DNA from: Tubulanus polymorphus
Taxonomy: Eukaryota > Animalia > Nemertea
NCBI RefSeq assembly: GCF_964204645.1
Contig: NC_134028.1
Span: 7,316,001-7,380,000 of the forward strand
Reading direction: 5' to 3'
Length of the DNA stretch: 64,000 bases
In this document: positions 12,894-26,596 of the stretch, piece after piece
Layout: the number at the start of each line of letters is the position of its first letter
How positions within the stretch are numbered: the first letter of the stretch is position 1
Translations under genes and position numbers: made by a program
The notes under the pieces: generated by a model
Told to the model about the DNA's origin: nothing
Seen by the model: only the letters and a program-made list of their open reading frames with translations
The model's database searches: none

Positions 12894-15118
12894 TCAGATC
12901 CACGGTAAGATGCATTGCAGTGCTGAGTAATAAGCGCAATGTCGGTGTGACCCACCTGTTTTTGAGCAGACCTGATGCGAATATCTGGATGGAGCTATTT
13001 TCCACTCCCAACTCGAACGGCTACACCCAATACAAAATTCGAGTTTCTTCACGTAGTATATCGATTGGCATGTCTTATCTTCGGAACAGAGTTTCGCGCA
13101 AGCGCTCATTGTCGCGTTTCGCTCGAAGATTCGTACACATTCTCTAAATTGGCGGCGAAGCATACATGCGAAATCAATCAGCTGCGGGGTCAGTTGAGCT
13201 AGATCAAATCCAAATGGAATAGAATATACTTTGTTTCAGCGGTATAATAATTTCTTTTTCATAAATCGAAATTGAAATTTATTCACACTCATCGCCTCAA
13301 CGAGAGGTATACAGAGGGACATCAAGAAGTATTTACAATTTGTAAAACAAATCACGGTTAAACACACTCAGTGCCACCTGTCGGATTCTTCTTGTCGTAA
13401 AAAAAAACAAAAAGCTCGAAGAAACATTGGCCAAGTAACAGTCGAATTCAACCCTCGTTGAACATCAGCATATACCTCCTCTTGGCGCATATCAGACACC
13501 GATCCAGGACTAGAATGTTGGGATAGTTGGTAGAGGATAAGGAAATACAAAAAATATTTCCACTTGGAAAAATGCTGTTTAAGAATACACACACCCTCAC
13601 TCAACCGTGAAGTAGTGTTTACCGCACCTCTAAAAATCATTTTCGATGATATAGATACGTTTAAATGTTTCACGAGACCTTCAAAAGTATAAGGCCTTGG
13701 ACGTGAACCCGTTCAGCAACTTACTTCTATAATTATCCGATAATCCATACATACACATTGCTCCATCGATTATTAAGTTTTTATCTGTTTTCTTACAATA
13801 TTCACTCACTCTTGCAGGCTGCGTTGATTTTTTAGAAGTCTTGCATCGATAGCTTTCATCGTCTTGTTTAACCACGCTTATGGATACACATTCCCATGGT
13901 TCATTCGAACAATAATTCTCACAAACATTGAGCGCGTCATCAATGTCGTGTACACCGTCCAGTGCGTACTTCATCGAATGGAGAGCATTTCGTTCACAGA
14001 ATATCGGTACGCACAACCGTATTCTTATTTCATCTGTGTTTAAATATCAAAATCATTGATTGATCGGTCATTTGATTTATTCTCATACGATTTATTCTAC
14101 AAAATATCACGATGAGCTTTAAGGACTCGTCCTGAGACTGAAGGCTGCAGGGGCGGATCTAGGAAATTTGGAAGGCTAAGGTCCAGAAGAAACGGAAAAG
14201 ATAATTTTCAGATAGAGCAGCCATGTCACAGGCTACAAGCGGAGTTCCACCCTCGGTGTTAGATATTTTCTAAGAGATTTTCCTCGGAAAAATATGCAAT
14301 GGATGAGTGACAACTCTACGGGTTTCAACCATCTTTATCTTGACTCGTCAAGGGAAACGTAGTGGGAAGGCAAGGGTCCACGCGCGCTGGCCCTAAACCC
14401 GCCCCTCACTCAATCCGCCCTATGATAACTATTATTACACAAGCATGGTAGAATCATAGGAATATTGAAGGAGGAAAAGGGATAGTTATTTATAGCATCT
14501 ATTGATGAGCTGGTGTTTATAGAAATTCAATCCATGAAGCGAAAGTTCACTCGCAAATAGTTTTAAAACGCTTTAAAATATACAACTGTGAGAACGAAAA
14601 GGTAATGATTATACCTCTGATAAGAGCGACAATAATGGCGGCATGACGCAGGACGACCGTCTGGGATTTCTATTTCTAGGATACTGTAAAAACTGGACCT
14701 AAATATTTACGAATGTCAATCAAATTATGTAAAGTGTGATACGATCAAGTGAAATAGCTTCCTGATTATAGTGAGTTTTCTTGTCAAGATTTGAAAATCA
14801 TTGAAGAATATTTCATAGCATCATTGAGAACATCATGGATACTGTCCAATGAAACCGTTATTTTAGTCAAAATGTAGAACTAATCATTGTGGCAGGGATT
14901 TCAAATCCTGAATTTCGACTAAAATTTCGGTGGAATGAATATGAATTTCTCATTTTTACAATTAAAACGATTGATTCTACAAATCATTAAGATGAGATAT
15001 CAGCTTACTAACCTGGCCAAGTGGAATTGAGCTTTTTCAGCCAAGATACATTTTCATCACCGCCGATCGTTATCGAAACAATAAACAGTTCAAACAATCC
15101 AAACACGAGTCCAAACAT
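12894..15118 (-). CDS. Secreted cysteine-rich protein with two PAN/apple-like modules (~239 aa); exons 15013-15118, 13725-14033, 12894-13198
   Basis: Hydrophobic N-terminus MFGLVFGLFELFIVSITIGG. Two phase-1 introns (donors GTTAGT and GTAAGT). Modules VCENYCSNEPWECVSISV..YRC and ACAKLCSEDKTCQSIYY..EFC match the PAN CxxxC..C pattern. Total 720 nt, in frame. Confidence 0.6.
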
Positions 15119-17053
15119 AATTGTCGTTTATCTCGCGAATTACTTGATCAAACAGTGAATGAACTAAGTAATAACTAGTTAATGCAGGTTCACGTTCACG
15201 TTCAGTACCCAGTTCCACAGTTCAGTGCCCGGTTCCACACTCCTCAAGTTTGAATCTAGAGTTATAATTAGTTCATATTCCAATCCTTTGATCCTAAATT
15301 CAAATTCTGAGTAAGCAATAGCTACTGGATCCAGAGTTTCTGGAATGTGTTCCCTGATGAACGTCTTATCGCACGGCAGAGGGAGGATCCTGTGCCCGGC
15401 CAGGTCGCTAGACACGGAGGATTATCTGTTAATTGAAGCTCAGACGCATTTAATCTCCTGAGATTTGGGTAATAAAGTCTCGGGGCCACACACATTTCAT
15501 CGAAGAAAAAAAAACATCGGTTTAATCGCACACGTCGACTCCGCTAGGCGGAAAAGTGATTATTTGGTCTACGGCTTGGGAAGAGGCTGGTGATGCGCAA
15601 TACTGCGAATGCAGGGATGACAAAATATTAAAAAAAAACCACCGCGCACACAATCCCGTTCTCAGTACGCCTGATGATTGTCTTTAGACGAAACTTTGCG
15701 CAAATATATATACTATTCTATTCAAGAATTCTCTTTTTGACTCAATTATTGTGGGATTGCAAAATCAGAAAAAAAGGAATTTTTATGATTAGAATCAAAA
15801 TTCTATTCATATATTGGTACAAGACTATCTTCAAGTGTCAAATAAATCAATTCTGTAATTTCAATTACAGCGGAACCTCGTTACAAAGATGGGAACCGGA
15901 GAATAGAAAATGTAATTTCGTTATAACCGGTAGTTTGTTATCCATGTGAAGTATGAAATTATTGAAATTGTTCTATGGGACGTATTTGTAGGATTGTAAT
16001 ATCAGAAAAAACATTATGAGGTCGTTAAAATGAGGTTCCAGTATACAGAAAATGCTTGCATTTGTGATTTGATCTTCCTTTTCTTATCTTATGGTGTATT
16101 AAATTCAGTATAGCTACATGTACACACAACCGAACTAACGAATCAAAATTTCTAATATTGTTACTTTTCCGTAATCTACACATTGTCTGGCCTATTTCCT
16201 TCAAACCTATTTTTCTTTGACCGGAGTACAGGTGTCTTTCCAGGACGAGAATTTACCATTTTCAATTCCACGACCACTATTGGATAACCTTACGCAGGGC
16301 TGCCAACCTCAGAAAAGTGCCATCAGTATCAAATTGAATTTTTTTTCAGTGACATTTCATTGAAATATGGAAGAAAATGTTTAATTAATCAAGACCTCAG
16401 TAACATCTCAGGAAGAACTGAAAATCAGGAACAGTTGGCAGCTATGCTTATGTAGGTAGATAATTCACGTGGATGAATCCTGACAGTATAGAAATATTTG
16501 AAATTAACACAAACGTAAAATCAATCGAACATTTATTGATCATTCTAGATTAGTACAACTAGAAAACAATGGACGGATATATTTACTGCAACGAAGTTAA
16601 CATACATGTATAGCAGAAGACAGACCTCGCTTAATATACTAATTAATACAGAAGACCTCGCTTAATTCGGAGATTATTTCGGACTAATGAAATTAAGAGA
16701 AATCCGTATTAAACATCGTACATGTATATTATACACCTTCATTTAATGTACTGCAGGATGAAGTGAAACCAAATTAAGGTTATCAGTCCCAATAGAGAGG
16801 GGTTTTTGGAGAATTCATTCATCGGTAATGATGACGCACTCCTGTGCAGTGTCATGAAAAAATTTCACAAAAATCTTATACAGCGCAAGTCCTAAAATAA
16901 CTAATAGAGCGAATGAAAATAAATTGTTTTTCATCAAAAACCTTGAAATTGAACCTAGAGGGGTAGATCCGGGTTGGTACCTGCATAAAACAACTTAGAA
17001 CAGTGGAACTGGGTCGTTTACATATGACCCGATTTCGAGTTTATTCTCCGTAT

Positions 17054-20000
17054 TTAGAAATCGTTATCGCTATCGTCGGCTGGCTGGTTTTTCGGTCGTC
17101 CACTGGCGGCGCCCCCTATCTCCAGTTCGCTGTCGCCATCATCGTCGTCATCAATTTCGATGTCCGAATCGCCGCTTAGGTCATCCTCGTCTTCCTCTTC
17201 GGATTCATCGTCGTCGTCGTCGGACAGGTCGGCTCCCATCGAGCCGAACTGTCGCTGCCCGGGCGGACCTGCCGACGTCGGTTTCACTGCTAAAAAATAT
17301 TTCCATTTTTTCCGATATTAGGAATTCTAAATTGATATTAACTATTATCAAAAACAATGGGGTGGATACAAAACCAGTTACTTATCCCACCAGATGGCAT
17401 CACTAATAGTAGGTTAAGTAGAATCGACAGATTATGTCCTACCAGCAACGTTTTAGGTGTTGAACTACATGACTGTTAATTACTAAATTCAATTCTGTGA
17501 AATCTTCTTAAATGTAAGTTAAATGCCTTAGGAACTTTGATGCGTTAAAAAATCCAACTTAAGAAATGGCTTGATTTACTTAAATAGGTCATAATGTATA
17601 TACAGGGAGGCTACTTTATGCCCATTTACAAATCCCCTGAGTTTTCCTTGATTTTTCCATGTGATTACACAAAATTGAGTGAATCAGAGAAATTTCTAAG
17701 TTTAAAATGTTATTTATTCATTTCTCATTGAATCATGTATCGATAAAGCAATACATGGTCAATAGCATTATCCGAATTCCCTGATTTTTCCACATTTCTG
17801 GTAAAATTTGTCATCAAATTCCCACAGATTTCCCTGATTTTCAAAAACGTGCTGACCGAGAGCAGAGAGGTGCTCCAGATCCAAGGAAGACAGTCAAATA
17901 AGACTATTGATTTACGCATGAGAAATGTTGGCTTGATTTACCTTCGACGCGTTGTCTTTGTCTGTTATGAACCGGTCGATCTTTGGACGTTCCGAATTCT
18001 TCATCGGATTCACTTTCTCCCTCATCATCATCAACGAGTCCTGAACGCAATAAATCGGTGAAATTATTGAATTACTCGCGATGAAATCGGTCGTTATCGC
18101 AATGGAAAATTTTTATACAAATTTCACATTTAACAAGTTCTAAATTAAGTGGAACCTTGTTATAACAACCTTCGATATAACGATTTATCGGTGATTACAA
18201 ACTTCGAATTTCATCCGAAATAGGAAAATTTTAACGATTTCATACGGGATATAAGAACAAACTATCGGTTATGATGAACAGATTTTCTCAAGTTCGTTGT
18301 GGCGAGGTTACACTGTGATAAAATTCACCTGTACGACAGCATTTCATACAATGGAACCTCATTAAAATGACCACAATAACGATTATCAGTTCTAACAAAC
18401 CAAGATTTTCTTTTCAAATACGAAAATATCAATAATTTCTATTGGATCTGAAAAACTATCGGATATAAGGAACAGAAATTTATTTTCTGTGCGCTGTAAT
18501 GACTAGGTTCCACTGTATACGTAGCCAAATATCTGTGATGAAATAAGACAGCGACATTTTACCTTTAAAATCATCCTCCTCCTCGTCACGTGCTGCCACC
18601 TGTATGTGATTATCTTCACTCTTCAGTTTGTCGGCCATACGACGCAACGACATCTCCGTTTCCTAGGCGACAGAATCAAAACGATTCATATTAGTTAAAT
18701 AGTTACACCGGCAGCGATATGGTCGAGGATTTTACTGAGTCACTTAAAAAATGCGTGACAATTGTCCTCCAGACAACTGCTTCAGCCATTTTTCAATGCC
18801 TTGTCAAGATTGTAGTTAATTTGCCAAATTTGCCGAGGAAACTTAAGAATTTCTTAACTTTAGAAAAACTATTAGTTGTCCGGGGGCAGTATTGTCTGGA
18901 TACCATATACTTCTTACCTCGAATCGATCTTGTTCGGTTTTCGTGTAATCCTCGTAGAGCTGTTCGAGATACGCTAAGTTCCTGAATCGTATGAGATATT
19001 GATCGTACAGTTTCGTGAGGTCCTCCTCGAATTTCTCGTACTCGTCCATGTACGCCGGACGCACACTCTGCAATGTCTGCAGTCGTTTTTGATTTCGATC
19101 CAATTCCAGGCGACGCTTCTCGATTTTCGCCTCGAGGTTCGCCTCGTCCGACGCGACGTTGTTGATCATGTCGTTCGTTTTAGCCATCTCCGTCTGAAAA
19201 ATCGAAAAAAAATCATTCTTACTCAACTTTTCAATTATTGGTAAAATGCATGTTGAAACAAGCCACAGGCGACAACGGTTCTCGGGCTCATGCCTGAATC
19301 TTGGACTCCAAAATTACCATGCGTTATTCCCCATTGCGTTTCGGATATATTGTATCTAGGGCCAAAAGCTTGTCAAAATAACTTTTTGAATTTCGACCCC
19401 ATTCCTCAGTCATGAGGTCACTTTAAGGTCATGTTGCTGAAAAACAAGAGTTTTTAGTGACTGGGCACTGGGGCCATTCTTTGCACCTGTACAACTAGAC
19501 CCCCATACCAACATTGTACCCAAGTCTCATCAAGATCGACCCACTATTAACAAAGCGCAGACATACAGACCAGACATACAAACTGACTGACAGTCTCGTA
19601 ACGGAAGCCTGCGAACCAATAAGAAGATAAGAATGCTGTTGATCTGGAGTTATGATTTTCTTTACTTTCTCACCTCTCAATTCAATAACCAGTCTCAATT
19701 CAAACATATTCACTGACCCTCTTCATTTTTTCAAATTTCTCCGACCCACCTCAATTCAAATATTTCATTTCTAACTCAGACACCAGGTCTAGAAAGTTCA
19801 CCAAATGGGAAATTATGATTCGATAACTTACCTCAACAGCTTTTATAGAATCGGTCAAACTTCTTTCGACTTCGTTGATTTCTAACGGACGAGCGATCAC
19901 GGCCGATCGGACCGCTCTCAAATCAACCTCTTTGCCGAGTAAATCGTACAGCGACGCCCCCTTACTGGTAATCTGAGAAGCTAACAGTCGGGCCTGTTTC

Positions 20001-21659
20001 AAGTCGTTCAACTGAAAAGTATACATCCATAACGTAAAACTACCGGTAGAATAATGTTGTTAAACTATAAAAACTTCTATGGACAAGAAAATCAGTTGGT
20101 TAGGCTGCAGTCACCTCAAATAGGAACCTATCTAAACACATTCTAAATTTAATTCAAATATTACTCAATTCGATGGGGTACTGGCAATGCTACTGTGATA
20201 ATTATCAAGGATTCAACGAGTAATTACTTGATCTTCCATGCATAAATTTCTTCTCTAGTTCAATTAAAATCAAACTTGAGAACAATTTTGAGCTTCGACC
20301 CAAGAAATTCTTTTTACCCGCGATGAAATATCGAACGATAACTGACTCATATCGTCGTCATCGTCGTTCGTCTGTTCGTTAGGATTCAATTTCGTTTTCA
20401 TAGCGTTATACAGAATCGACGTCACTTTCAGCATCTCTTTCACCGCGTAGCCGTCCGCCTGGTATAACTTCTTCGTGTTCAACTTGATGTGCGCCTTAGT
20501 CGCCTAGAAAGTGGAGCAGAGATAAATCGCATTGGATTCGAAAATAAGATTTTCCAGCATTTAGTTTCTGTAGAAATTCTGGTTGAGTCGAGGTGCTCCC
20601 GAAACTCTTCATTCTGCGGTCGTAATGTACGTACCATGAATTGAGCGACGGATTTGATGAAAATCACTCTGTCCTGTTCGGTGTCTACGTCGGAGGGTAA
20701 ATCTTCATTTGGATCATATCTAAGAGAAAGTGACAGAAAAAAATTCTAAGTTTGTAACATCATTTAGTTCCTGATTGGCTGGCAATGTAAACAAGCTCTG
20801 CTTTATTCTAACGGTCAATTTGGAACGATGGTAGCTGGGGCGGCGTTGGAGTTAACTTAATGTATCGTGCAATAGCATTGCTAGCTACAAACAAGTCGAC
20901 TGTCTTCGACGGACGAGTGCTTAATCTTGATTGTTCCAATTGATCCATCAAAGTGATGGAAATAGTAATAACTGAATACGTACATGTATAATGTATTGTA
21001 ATATTGTAGGCCTAATAGTAATATTGAAGTTCTGCCAATATTCTGTAATACTTATAAGCGAACAACCTGTACTGCTGTTCATGCTTGATTGCTCTATTTA
21101 TTTTTTAACCACATAGAGGGCAAATAAAGTCTAAACTATGTCAGTTCACTAGGAGAAATAAGCCTTCTTGTTAGCGCTGTCTGAGCTGCCGTCTCCATAA
21201 GTTTTGATCAAACCTGGTATATCCGAAACAAGGTTTGCACAAAAAAGAATGAACGTAACACCCAAACTACCAAGCCACATAGACAGGACACTGTCTGTCT
21301 TCTATTTCGCTTACGTTGACTAAACGATTTTTTTTGGGGCGTTAGCTTACTTACCGTTTCACCAGCCATTTTAATACTTCGGCAACTAAACCGAAGTTTG
21401 GTGTGCGGAAATTTTCCATGGAGATCAACCGGGGATAACCAAGAGCCCGCATCATTTCAGTGAAATCTGAAAAAGAAGGTGGAAATCTTGGAAGTCAGTG
21501 CATGTAGTTGACAGGTTGTGTAAAAAAGCAAGGGGTTTTTGCTCTTTTTTCATGTTTTTCCCTTTTTTTGACTTGTTTTTTTTTCAGCTTTATGCCTGTC
21601 TTGTCAAAATTAACCATCAAATAAATGGAGTTCTTACTTCTTAAATCACGAAACGACAT
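17054..21659 (-). CDS. CLUAP1: Clusterin-associated protein 1 / IFT38 (430 aa); exons 21638-21659, 21355-21466, 20635-20719, 20318-20503, 19832-20011, 18918-19193, 18563-18662, 17942-18040, 17054-17286
   Basis: [65 protein letters not shown] and [14 protein letters not shown] motifs, with an acidic tail ending DSDNDF. All introns GT-AG; 1293 nt in frame. Confidence 0.97.
18148..18517. mobile_element. Two adjacent Tc1/pogo-like MITEs (CAGTGGAACC...GGTTCCACTG ends); related copies ~15868-16043 and ~24532-24690
   Basis: Recurrent agtggaacct...aggttccactgta termini, with TA visible on several flanks. Confidence 0.55.
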
Positions 21660-22040
21660 TTTTGCAGGCGGCAGCTCTGAAGACGAAGATGAAATTCAGA
21701 TGATTCTTATTTTGAGCTGTCGAATATCCTCCAATCTGAAAAATGCGGAAGTAAACAATCTCTAAGGAGAACGGGTGGCTCCGAGAATATCAGAATCAAA
21801 GGATTTGAATCAGTTTTCGTTATCCAACAGGCTATTTTTAGAAGAGATTGAGTAGTTCTTGTCCAAACAAATACTTATTTCCTTTCATTCTAATATATGA
21901 GTATATGATATTTCAAGTTTCTAAAATTTTCGGAGTCGTTTGCTGGCGATAAATAGTTGTACCGTGAGTCCTTGACCTTCTGACCCTTCCTGAACATTTC
22001 GAGAAATTATCTTCGAGTTTTACTCATTTTCACGAACACG
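21660..22040. promoter_or_regulatory. Bidirectional promoter region between CLUAP1 and ATP5PD
   Basis: 381 bp separate the divergent ATGs. Contains an ETS-like GCGGAAGT (~21745) and a B-box-like GGATTTGAATC (21801-21811). Confidence 0.65.
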
Positions 22041-23716
22041 ATGGCTTCTAAGAGGATCGCTAAGTCTGCAGTGGACTGGGTGAAGTTCGCCGAGAAGGTC
22101 CCCAAGAGTCAGACCGATTATTTCCGCGCTTTCAAAGCGAAATCCGACCATTTCGTCATGAAGTAAGTCACAAATCAATCTAATTCAATTATTTTATTGG
22201 TGGTTAATCGGTCGTGTGTGACCTCAGTAAGTAACTTGATCGTTAGTAGCTTTTTTAATCATCTGGGTTAGTGGTTTGTGAACATATGAATAGAATATGC
22301 TTGCGATCATTTACTATTCTTAGACTTATTCCGACCAGCATTTTATGAAACTGTCATTATTGTTTTCTAAATTCTATAATTAAAGGGTACATGCTCATCC
22401 CGAAAGTATTCAAGCGATTGACTTCAGTTTCTACAAGAATAAAATCCACGCCGCAGGACTGGTCGCAGAGTTTGAAAAAGCTGTAAGTGTCGTACTAAAG
22501 TACTCAAGTATTTCATTTCATAATATTACGAGAATCCCATAATAAGACGAAAAAACCGAAAATGTTTTTCTTGAGCTAGTGTAGTTTATACTATATACTA
22601 ATCGTCATCTTCAGGAATACTGTGAGATACTACAGAAATTGTGAAATATATACAAATCCAGAACAAAGACGATTGATACAAACTAAGAAATGATAACTTA
22701 TTTCATATTCTAAAAATGTTGAATGTCAATCATAGAAAATTTTGTTTTGAATTCAGTATTGATTATTTGATGACATCAATTTTGTTTCGAGTTCATGAGT
22801 ATTTATGATTTTTGATGACCTGTATTTCAGTTCGCTGGTTTGAAGGTTCCGTATCCAGCCGATAAGAATAACATGATGGCCGAAATCGACAAGCAGGAGA
22901 AAGAAGCGGTAAGTTTAACCCTTTCAGTGCGTCTACATCGCACAGCGGTGTATTGATGTAATTAGTTTTTATCTCTATTGAAAAATGGCGGCACCTGTCA
23001 AACATAGTGAAATACTAGTAACTAACGATACACCGCGCCGCGGTGTAGACGCACTATAGTGGTATTCCCGTAATTCAACACACTAGGGTGGAATTTTTCA
23101 AAATTTTCAAATTATCTCCAGCACTATAGCATATTGGTTAGTCAGCGTTAATCTAATATACGTCGATGGAGCGCGCCTGCGTCAAATTGAACAATTGAAA
23201 ATGTAAATTTTTCGGTACCTTGTTTCAGGAAGTACGAACGCAAGAATTCACGAAAATGTTGCGCGAAAAGATCGGCGAGGCTAAAACTCACGTAAGTTTC
23301 TTCTGATCACGGATTCGTCTCAATTTTGATATGATACATTCAATTACCGGTAAGATGTAGCGTTTGTGACTCAAAATTTAGAATAAGTCGAGCTGAATGG
23401 TGATAAGAAGTAAGGTCCGAAACCAAGGTCTTTATCTCAGAATTTTAAATTTCATTACGATTAGAAAACCTCATTATCTGAGCCCAGCTTGTCATACGCA
23501 AATTTTAACATTTTTTTTTCTCGAAAACTCATTAATATTTTCGGATTGAATTTTCAGTTGGCCGAATACGACCTAATTCCACCGGTGAACGAATTGACGA
23601 TGGAACACATCGTGGAATACTTCCCGCACGCCGTTCCGCAACCGGAGACCAACCCGACCTTGTGGCCGCATAATCCGAAATCGCAACCAGCCACAAACCC
23701 TAATCTAATCCTATAG
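22041..23716 (+). CDS. ATP5PD: Mitochondrial ATP synthase subunit d (172 aa); exons 22041-22162, 22386-22482, 22831-22908, 23229-23291, 23558-23716
   Basis: MASKRIAKSAVDWVKFAEKVP..FRAFKAKSD, IDFSFYK..GLVAEFEK, LKVPYP and IPPVNELTME..FP..PTLWPH motifs. 519 nt in frame; AATAAA at 23931. Confidence 0.95.
22918..23150. mobile_element. piggyBac-like (TTAA-CCCTTTCAGTGCG) non-autonomous element; related pieces ~29375-29550, ~39346 and ~53085-53320
   Basis: ttaaccctttcagtgcg terminus. The internal ctctattgaaa..ggc.gcacctgtcaaacatagtgaaat recurs inverted at ~29420-29463. Confidence 0.55.
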
Positions 23717-24699
23717 ATAACCTATATAGATAAAAAAATTTTTAGAAGTTATTCGTAATTTAGGAAGGAACGTTCAGATAAATTAATCAATATTTGTACA
23801 CTATCAGTTATGCCAACGACCAATATCTAGTAGTGTAATACGCTTCAATATTTTCTGTGTGAATTGATTAACAACTTAGTTTGGGAAATGAATAACGGTT
23901 TGTTGTAGATATACAAAATATAAAAACATAAATAAAAAAGTTGTTTGAATTATGTGCCGCTTTTCTAGCCAATTGTTATTTTTTGGTTCCAAGGGAAGTG
24001 GAGTCATGGCTAGAGACAATACAATGGAAACTTGTTCATGTTAGGATGATTCCTGATCTGGCAATATCATTTATGGCTGCTGTTGATTTATGTGGTGAAG
24101 GATATGGGTAATGAACCACAGGAAGTTATTGAATGTCATTGGAGGAAATGTATGTATGTCCATGGTTCATGGTTTTGGAGCTATGTGCTTTTTCCATGTG
24201 ACCTTACTATGTATGAGTTGGCGAACAAGACACCTGACGGACTCTCAAAGTTTCTAAATCCCTCCACTAAATTGGTTGGCAAATTATGACATCACATCTA
24301 AGACCTCTACCTATTTGAAATTCAAAATGGCAGAGTGCAGCAAATGGGCTTGGATTTCTGCTGCCTGGACCCACCTATCTAGATATTCAATACATTATCG
24401 ATATTCTTCCAGTTTTCGATTGTCTGGGTGTTCAGGATAGACCTTGCCTTGAACGAAGTTTGGCTGCCTACAAGTGATTGAATTCATAGGATAGGATTAT
24501 GCATTTGTGTAGCACCTTATAAATAGTAGTTCAGTTGAACCTCATTAATAGGAATCTGTTAAAGACAAAACCAGTTTATTACGATGATTTCCATCATGTC
24601 CTAGCTAAGATATTCATATTTTTTCTAGACTTGGATAATACAAAACCCATTTAATAGACAATTTCACTTGTATTAACGAGGTTCCACTGTACTATTATT

Positions 24700-24800
24700 G
24701 AAGGCACTCTCCAAAATCAGGCCTTTGAATGCTGGGAGAGAGTCAATATCATGAAGGGGATCGGACAGGGCATTCCACTCATTCATAGGTTTGAATTTTG
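24700..24800 (-). mobile_element. 3' remnant of CR1/L2 LINE ORF2
   Basis: MNEWNALSDPLHDIDSLPAFK resembles the conserved ORF2 C-terminal EWN.LP..I....SL..FK motif. Confidence 0.45.
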
Positions 24801-26551
24801 GGATGTGCTCAGCAAGCACAACAGGCTTTCTGGAATAGTCAAAAAAGATACCGCAAACGCAATGCTGCAAAAATATACAAAATTCTTTATCGTATCCATA
24901 ACGGTAACAGTTATGATAAAATATCTTTATTTTCCATATACGCGTTCAATTATTCATTGATGTATATTAATGATAATATATATTCATAGACTCTGCCCAC
25001 ACACTTAAATATTTCAAAGCCAACAACAATAATTACTGATTCTATAACACGGCATTACGCAGCAAACGCACATGGAATGGTTTAAAATTTAAACTAAAAA
25101 AAGAGAAGAAAAGAAAACGACTGCCTAATCCACAATATAGCTCACTAGCTTAAAACAAAAAGTACCGAGGATGGAAAAAATGTTACGTATCTCCGTGAAG
25201 CCATCAACGAAATATCGTCTCTAATCGCTGTTCGATCTTAAAAGGTCAAATTTATCCAACAACCGTAATTGTCGGTAATTTCCGGAATCCAAATGCCACG
25301 CTTGCAGGAAAACTGCTAACATGCACCAAATTCCCCGACAGGGTGATGGGACATCTATCTACTATTCTATCTTATAAAACATTACTTCTACTCAAATAAT
25401 GAGTAACATTTATATGAATTAAATAGTAAAACCCCGCTTAATCCGGATCAGCTTACTCCGGATTTTGGTCTAACCCGGAAAATATTGTATTCGTTCACTT
25501 ATATACCGGTACACGAAAATAACTTTTAATCTGGATTTCCCGTTAACCGGATACATTTTTTTGGTCCCAAATGATCCAAATTAAGCGGAAGGAATGTTTC
25601 ATAAGATAAATGGTCTTTCATATGCCCCAATCGGCATGGATATGGCGAACCCTTTCGAAATCCCACTGGAAAATGAAGAAGCCTTAGCTCCTACAAATGT
25701 AGTATGCATTTCTAGGGGGTGAAAATATAACAACCCTCCGAATACGCAAATTTCATGGATGGCCACTTACTTTAATAAACCACATATCACCTAAAAATTA
25801 CGTAAGATAAAGCATGGACTCTAAAACGAATTTCGTTATAGTTTTAAGAGTACCACACAAAGTGAAATGAAATAAAAGACGAGAAAATATAAATGAAGAA
25901 TAACGACACTCAAATTACGATGAAATAAAGAAGAGTAGAGCCGATTGATTGTCAGCAGTTGCTGAATGGATCCATTTGACCCGGCACAATATTCACAATT
26001 CCAACACGCACCATACGTAGAAATGTTTTTGAGTCAAATGAAAGATAAATCACTAACGATTTGTCGTTGGACCTCCACATAGTTTGAAGTTTTAGACGTA
26101 ACCTGAAAACAGTCAGTTGGTCAGCTTTCAGAAACGTGGATCTGAAACCAGCCGCTGGTTCAAGCTTTAAGACGTGGATCCAAAGACAGGTTTAAGACCT
26201 CCGCCCGAAACCAGTCGCATAGACAAGGTTCCTTCACACACTGGCCTTTTGAAAATAAATTACACTGAATTGTCAAACTTTCAATCGAGGAAGACCTTCA
26301 TTCTATTCGTCAAAGACACTGATAAATCTAACTCAGGGTCGAGGAGATGGTTGTAGCAAAAATAATAATTCATATGTCTGCAAAAATACATTTGTCACAT
26401 CATCTGTTTCTAAAATATGTGTTTAGTCAACGCCCGTACTCTAGGAAAAGATTAACTGTACCTATTTAGAGTGGGTCCAATTTTTTGGCTGACTATCCAC
26501 TAATACATACTGGTACCTACATGAGACATTCACTTGTTATATCAATTACTT

Positions 26552-26596
<45 letters not shown>
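26552..26596. repeat. (AATC)n microsatellite
   Basis: About 11 perfect AATC units, read directly. Confidence 0.95.

Noticed and set aside
14614-14683. Candidate extra exon of the PAN-like gene
   Set aside because: No acceptor/donor combination keeps phase 1-1 without a stop.
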